DNA from: Elusimicrobiota bacterium
Lineage (GTDB): Bacteria > Elusimicrobiota > UBA8919
Reading direction: 5' to 3'
Length of the DNA stretch: 11,500 bases
NCBI GenBank assembly: GCA_043816185.1
Contig: JBDRIG010000090.1
Location: 1-11,500, forward strand
The notes under the pieces were generated by a model. It was not told where the DNA came from and searched no databases. It was given only the letters and a program-made list of their open reading frames with translations. Numbering within the stretch: the stretch's first letter is position 1; each line of letters starts with the position of its first letter. A program made the position numbers and the translations under genes. This document shows, in pieces, positions 7,395 to 11,500 of this stretch.

Positions 7395-8402
7395 ATGAAG
7401 ATTTTGATAATACGATTAAGTTCTATCGGCGATATTGTTCTTGCTACGCCTTTGATTCGATGCCTGCGAACAGCAGTCCTATCAGCACAGATTGATTTTT
7501 TGATTAAAAAAGAATATTCGGAAATCCTAACAAATAACCAATATATTTCAAATCTAAAATTTTTCGAAAATAACATTTTTGAAACAGCGAAAAAAATAAA
7601 AAAAGAAAAATACGATTTTATTTTGGACATCCATAATAATTTCAGGACTTTTCTTTTCACTATATTTTCTGGCACAAAAATTTTAAGATATAAAAATTAT
7701 TTACTTCAAAGATTTTTTTTGGTGGAGTTTGGTATAAATTTGTACAAAAAGAAGATTCCTGTTTTTCAAAGATACTTAAAAACGGCCGAATTGCTCGGCG
7801 TTTCGTATGACAACAAAGGACTTGATTTTTTTATAGATGAAAAAATAAAAATCAAATCTGAATCAGTTTTCGGTGGATACAAAAATCAATATGTAGGAAT
7901 TTGTCCGGTTGCCGTCTGGGAAACAAAGAGATGGCAAAAAGAAAACTTTGTAGAAATTGCAAAAAGAATTTTAGAAAAACGGGATTGCGAAGTGTTGATT
8001 TTCGGTGGTAAAAACAATTTTCAATATTGCGAAGATATAAAAATTCAGATTGGTCTAAAAGCAAAAAATTTATGTGGATTGTCGTTGCAGGAAACTGCAA
8101 ATGTTTTAAAAAAATGTAAATATTTAATTACAAACGATACAGGGCTTATGCATATTGCTGATGCCCTAAAAGTTCGGACAATTTCAATTTTTGGCCCAAC
8201 AGTGGAAGAGTTTGGATTTTATCCACAGGTGGCAGAGTTGTCGCAGACAACAAAATTACCGCAGACGGCAACATCAAAAATAATCTCAAAAAGATTTTCT
8301 TGCAAGCCATGTTCAACAAAGGGTTCCAATAAATGTCCCGTCGGTGATTTTAGATGTATAAAAAATATTTCAGTTGAGGAGGTTTACTCGGCTCTTATTT
8401 AA
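7395..8402 (+). CDS. Glycosyltransferase family 9 (LPS heptosyltransferase, WaaF/RfaF-like)
   Basis: MKILIIRLSSIGDIVL, TKRW, NDTGLMHIADAL, IFGPT, CKPC; adjacent to waaA. The exact paralog (WaaC/F/Q) cannot be fixed by eye. Confidence 0.9.
   Translation: MKILIIRLSSIGDIVLATPLIRCLRTAVLSAQIDFLIKKEYSEILTNNQYISNLKFFENNIFETAKKIKKEKYDFILDIHNNFRTFLFTIFSGTKILRYKNYLLQRFFLVEFGINLYKKKIPVFQRYLKTAELLGVSYDNKGLDFFIDEKIKIKSESVFGGYKNQYVGICPVAVWETKRWQKENFVEIAKRILEKRDCEVLIFGGKNNFQYCEDIKIQIGLKAKNLCGLSLQETANVLKKCKYLITNDTGLMHIADALKVRTISIFGPTVEEFGFYPQVAELSQTTKLPQTATSKIISKRFSCKPCSTKGSNKCPVGDFRCIKNISVEEVYSALI
8223..8276 (+). repeat. Degenerate 18-nt triplicate within the GT9 gene
   Basis: CCACAGGTGGCAGAGTTG / TCGCAGACAACAAAATTA / CCGCAGACGGCAACATCA, encoding PQVAEL-SQTTKL-PQTATS. 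Confidence 0.6.
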
Positions 8403-8466
8403 TGGCTTTTTATTTGGCATCTTCATGCAGAAGTTAAATTCAAAAAAGGCTGGGTTTATATTTTCC

Positions 8467-9807
8467 ATGTTATTTGTTTATAATATATTAGTAGGTTTTG
8501 CATTTGTGTTTATTCTGCCATATTTTGTTTGGCGATATAAACTTGCTGCTTTCGATAAAATGACTCTCGGCATAAAACAGCGTTTTGGGTTTTATGATAT
8601 TGAAGATGGTAAATATATTTTAATCCACGCTTCGTCCGTTGGTGAATTGAAAACCATAACAATGTTTGTTAAAAAATTGAAAAAAATATTACCCGAAAAA
8701 AAAATTCTTATATTAACAATGACGCCATATGGCTATAAATATGTCCTTGACAAAAAAATTGCCGATAAAGTTATTTTTGCGCCGATTGATATTCCGTTTT
8801 GTGTTGAAAAATTGTTTTTAAAGATTGTGCCAGAAATGCTTATTCTTGTTGAAAGCGAACTTTGGCCTAATTTAATTTTTTCTGCCAAAAGAAAAGGTGC
8901 AAAAATTGTCTCAATTAATGCAAGAATGTCGGATAGAAGTTTTCACAGATACTTATTTATAAAAGAGTTCGTTGCGGAAGTTCTAAAAAAGATAGATTTT
9001 ATCTGTGCTCGTGAGGAATCCGATAGAAATAAATTTATCGCATTAGGTTGTAATGAAAAAAAAGTGGTGAAAATGGGCAATATGAAGTATGATAAAAGTG
9101 AACCCGTTCATATGGAAATAACCATAACAAAGAAAGATTTTGGTTTTACTGATAGCGATTTGATTTTTGTAGCGGGTAGTACTCGTGAACAAGAGGAAGA
9201 AATAGTAATAAATGTTTATAAAAAATTAGTTGCGGATTATAAGAACTTAAAACTTATTATTGCTCCACGATATCCTGAAAGATGTTCGACAATTGAAAAG
9301 ATTTTAGAAAAAGAAAATATAAGTTTTATTCGTAAATTGCAACTTTCAGTCTCCAGCCCCCAGTCTCCAGCCCACAGTCCCCAGTTTCCAGTCTCCAATC
9401 TCCAGCCCACAATCTCCAACTGTTTACTACTCGACACAATTGGGGATCTTATGAATGTCTATTCAATAGGGACCATTATTTTTGTCGGTGGTAGTTTATT
9501 TAAAGGATCTGGTGGCCACAATATGTTAGAGCCTGCGGAATTTAGTAAAACCGTTATATTCGGAAAATTTATTAAAAATTTTCAAGAATCGGCAAAATTA
9601 TTAAATTCTTCTCAAGCAGCATTTCAGGTAAGTGATGAAAAGGAGTTTTACGATTCTGCTAATAGATTATTGGCTGACGTGAAATTAAGAGACGAGATGG
9701 GCAATCGGGCAAAAGAAGTTGTTATAAAATACCGTGGTGCAACCGATAGAAATTTAAAAATTATTTCTGAAATGTTAGTCGATGTAAATGTACAAGACAA
9801 ACCCTGA
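8467..9807 (+). CDS. waaA: 3-deoxy-D-manno-octulosonic acid (Kdo) transferase
   Basis: IHASSVGE, APID, ESELWPN, INARMSDRS, GNMKYD, AGSTRE, IIAPRYPER, DTIGDL, FVGGSL, GGHNMLEPA. Start placed at ATG 8467 (MLFVYN..., typical N-terminal anchor); alternatives are 8425 and 8374. Confidence 0.94.
   Translation: MLFVYNILVGFAFVFILPYFVWRYKLAAFDKMTLGIKQRFGFYDIEDGKYILIHASSVGELKTITMFVKKLKKILPEKKILILTMTPYGYKYVLDKKIADKVIFAPIDIPFCVEKLFLKIVPEMLILVESELWPNLIFSAKRKGAKIVSINARMSDRSFHRYLFIKEFVAEVLKKIDFICAREESDRNKFIALGCNEKKVVKMGNMKYDKSEPVHMEITITKKDFGFTDSDLIFVAGSTREQEEEIVINVYKKLVADYKNLKLIIAPRYPERCSTIEKILEKENISFIRKLQLSVSSPQSPAHSPQFPVSNLQPTISNCLLLDTIGDLMNVYSIGTIIFVGGSLFKGSGGHNMLEPAEFSKTVIFGKFIKNFQESAKLLNSSQAAFQVSDEKEFYDSANRLLADVKLRDEMGNRAKEVVIKYRGATDRNLKIISEMLVDVNVQDKP
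9340..9423 (+). repeat. 12 x 7-mer tandem repeat (consensus CAGTCTC) in frame within waaA
   Basis: CAACTTT CAGTCTC CAGCCCC CAGTCTC CAGCCCA CAGTCCC CAGTTTC CAGTCTC CAATCTC CAGCCCA CAATCTC CAACTGT = 84 nt. Confidence 0.92.
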
Positions 9808-9810
9808 TTG

Positions 9811-9867
9811 AGCAAGATACAAAAAGCAAGAAGTAATTCACAACTCACAATTCACGAGATACAAAAA
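9811..9867 (+). repeat. Intergenic degenerate 7-mer repeats
   Basis: AGCAAGA TACAAAA AGCAAGA, then TTCACAA CTCACAA TTCACGA GATACAA; AGATACAAAAA repeated at 9815-9825 and 9857-9867. Confidence 0.7.
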
Positions 9868-9898
9868 ACTACCCATACCTTAATATCAATGTATATGA

Positions 9899-11275
9899 TC
9901 AATATTCATACGAACTTTCGCCGATAAACTCACGAATTATTGAATTTTTTGGAACCAATTTTTCATCGAATTCTTCAAATTCATTCAAAAGTTCACAAAC
10001 CCTTTTTGCTCTTATATAAGCATCAAATTTTTTCGGATCATTTTCATATGTTTTAATAATTGCTGGGAAATATTTTAACAAGTGTTTTCTATAAAGAGGG
10101 AGTTCATATGGCATTGCGCCATTAAAAACATAATCAACCTTATTAATAAAAGGCACAATAAATTTCATTTCTGCTCTTCTGACATAGTGCCAATGTCCGA
10201 CAGTACGTATCGGATTGCATGCACGGTGCCAGCTATCTCTAACCATCCGACGAAGCATTCGTAAATCTGCCCATCTTACAAACTCTCCGTTTTTATCTTT
10301 TATTTGACAAATTGCTTCAATATAAAACTTAAATTTCATATTATGTGGAATGCTTTTTGTCATTTCATCGTAAAGTCCATGTAGCGAATCAATTAAAATA
10401 ATTTGATTTTTTTTAAGACTAAGCTCGGTTTTGTTTAATGATCTCTTGCCAGTCTTAAAGTCATAATAAGGTATCTTAATCGTTTTACCGACGAGCAGTT
10501 CAGACAAATGTTGATTGATTAAAGTTAAATCTAACGATTCTGGTGTTTCAAAATTGTAATCACCATATTCGTCTTTTGGATATTCTTCAAGATTCTTAAA
10601 ATAATTGTCAAGATTAAGAAGTACAAAACTAATATCTTCTTTTTTTAGCACCTCACCGATTTTTGTTGTCGTTGTAGTTTTTCCACTTGAAGATGGTCCA
10701 GCTACTATTACCAAACGAATCTTATCTCTATTATCAATTATTCGTTTTGCTATTTTATTTATTTCATTATCATAAAATGCTTCAGCATCTTCTATCAGTG
10801 ATTTTAATGTGTTGTTTTTAATTCTTTCGTTTAAGTTTTTTGTAGTATCACAATTGTTGTCAACATTCCATGTGAAATATTTCCATAGAATTTTATAAGG
10901 AATATTGTCTTCAACTATTATTTTTTCATTTTTGTTTTCACGAAGTCGTTTGTGTTCTACGCGGTACAAGATGTATGCCTTTGCGGTGGCGAAATGTCCA
11001 TTTTCAACAAGTGTTTTTTCGACAATATCTTGAATCTCTTCAACGGTAGGTGTGAAATCCAAAGGATAAATAATGTTCATTGTAGAGATAACTTTACTGG
11101 TAAGTTTATTAGCAAGTTCTATATCAGAACCACCAACTTCATTGGCAGCGCGAAAAATTGCGTTTGTGATTTTATCTTTATTGAAATCAACAATTCGCCC
11201 GTCTCTTTTTATAACTCTATTCAGTTTAAAACCCATTATTTCTTTTTCTGAAAATAATTCTTTTTTTTCTTCCAT
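9899..11275 (-). CDS. ATP-cone domain fused to a uridine kinase/phosphoribulokinase-like P-loop kinase
   Basis: N-terminal VIKRDGRIVDFNKDKITNAI...PTVEEIQDIVEKTL...AKAYILYR (ATP cone). C-terminal AGPSSSGKTTT (Walker A), LDNYF, DLRMLRRMVRD, WHYVRRAE, FNGAMPYEL. ATG at 11275, preceded by GGAAG, preferred over GTG 11302. Confidence 0.88.
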   Translation of the reverse strand: MEEKKELFSEKEIMGFKLNRVIKRDGRIVDFNKDKITNAIFRAANEVGGSDIELANKLTSKVISTMNIIYPLDFTPTVEEIQDIVEKTLVENGHFATAKAYILYRVEHKRLRENKNEKIIVEDNIPYKILWKYFTWNVDNNCDTTKNLNERIKNNTLKSLIEDAEAFYDNEINKIAKRIIDNRDKIRLVIVAGPSSSGKTTTTTKIGEVLKKEDISFVLLNLDNYFKNLEEYPKDEYGDYNFETPESLDLTLINQHLSELLVGKTIKIPYYDFKTGKRSLNKTELSLKKNQIILIDSLHGLYDEMTKSIPHNMKFKFYIEAICQIKDKNGEFVRWADLRMLRRMVRDSWHRACNPIRTVGHWHYVRRAEMKFIVPFINKVDYVFNGAMPYELPLYRKHLLKYFPAIIKTYENDPKKFDAYIRAKRVCELLNEFEEFDEKLVPKNSIIREFIGESSYEY

Positions 11276-11432
11276 AATCTTCCACAATAGAATCGCAGAC
11301 ACAGCCTGAAGACCGTGCGATAAACACTATAAATTTTGAACTTATAAACTCACAAAATTATTATGATACCGTTGAAAAACCCCTAAAAGTTCTTGGGCAT
11401 AATTACCGTCGGGATTACCGATGAGAAAATAT

Positions 11433-11461
11433 TTGACTTTTCACTCCGGAATTGGTATAAT
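11433..11461 (+). promoter_or_regulatory. Near-consensus sigma70 promoter for the next gene
   Basis: TTGACT (11433-11438), 17-nt spacer, TGn extended -10, TATAAT (11456-11461). Confidence 0.8.
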
Positions 11462-11487
11462 TTTACCGATGGCAAATCCAAAATTCC

Positions 11488-11500
11488 GGAGGCGAAAATG
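11488..11500 (+). promoter_or_regulatory. Shine-Dalgarno and start codon of a gene continuing beyond the window
   Basis: GGAGG (11488-11492), 5 nt, ATG (11498-11500). Confidence 0.7.

Noticed and set aside
7384..7398. Mini-ORF MVLA* overlapping the GT9 start by ATGA
   Set aside because: The GGGAG is only 2 nt from this ATG, too close to act as its SD; likely coincidental.
4633..9423. Inteins or introns as the explanation for the in-frame insertions
   Set aside because: The inserts are at most about 30 codons and show no intein splicing blocks or group I/II structure.
9340..9423. CRISPR array
   Set aside because: The units are 7 nt, contiguous and without spacers; no cas genes in the window.
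9927..9935. AACTCACGA inside the kinase gene as another repeat unit
   Set aside because: A single copy that encodes the ordinary IREF segment near the C-terminus; explained by coding sequence.
3792..11309. Small alternative ORFs (3792..4085, 4436..4672, 6181..6366, 7343..7675, 7852..8100, 9237..9437, 9648..9848, 10082..10264, 10952..11251, 11073..11309)
   Set aside because: All lie antisense to, or out of frame within, well-supported genes and have no independent motif support.

Overview
AT-rich bacterial window from an LPS-producing (diderm) host. Left end: an intact large serine recombinase that the ORF track missed (minus strand, 1197 to past position 1) starts 260 bp downstream of the 3' end of tRNA-Ala(GGC), across a hairpin-dense spacer; this is probably the edge of an integrated element. 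Next are a minus-strand M23 peptidase + bactofilin pair, a plus-strand operon valS-rph-rdgB-heptosyltransferase(GT9)-waaA, and a convergent ATP-cone/uridine-kinase-like fusion gene. A near-consensus promoter and the start codon of the next gene close the window. The most unusual signal is a set of degenerate 7-8 nt tandem repeats, plus one 18-nt repeat. They sit in frame in variable loops of housekeeping enzymes (ValS three times, WaaA, GT9) and also occur between genes, suggesting a genome-wide repeat-depositing process. All calls are by eye, with no database searches or folding computations.
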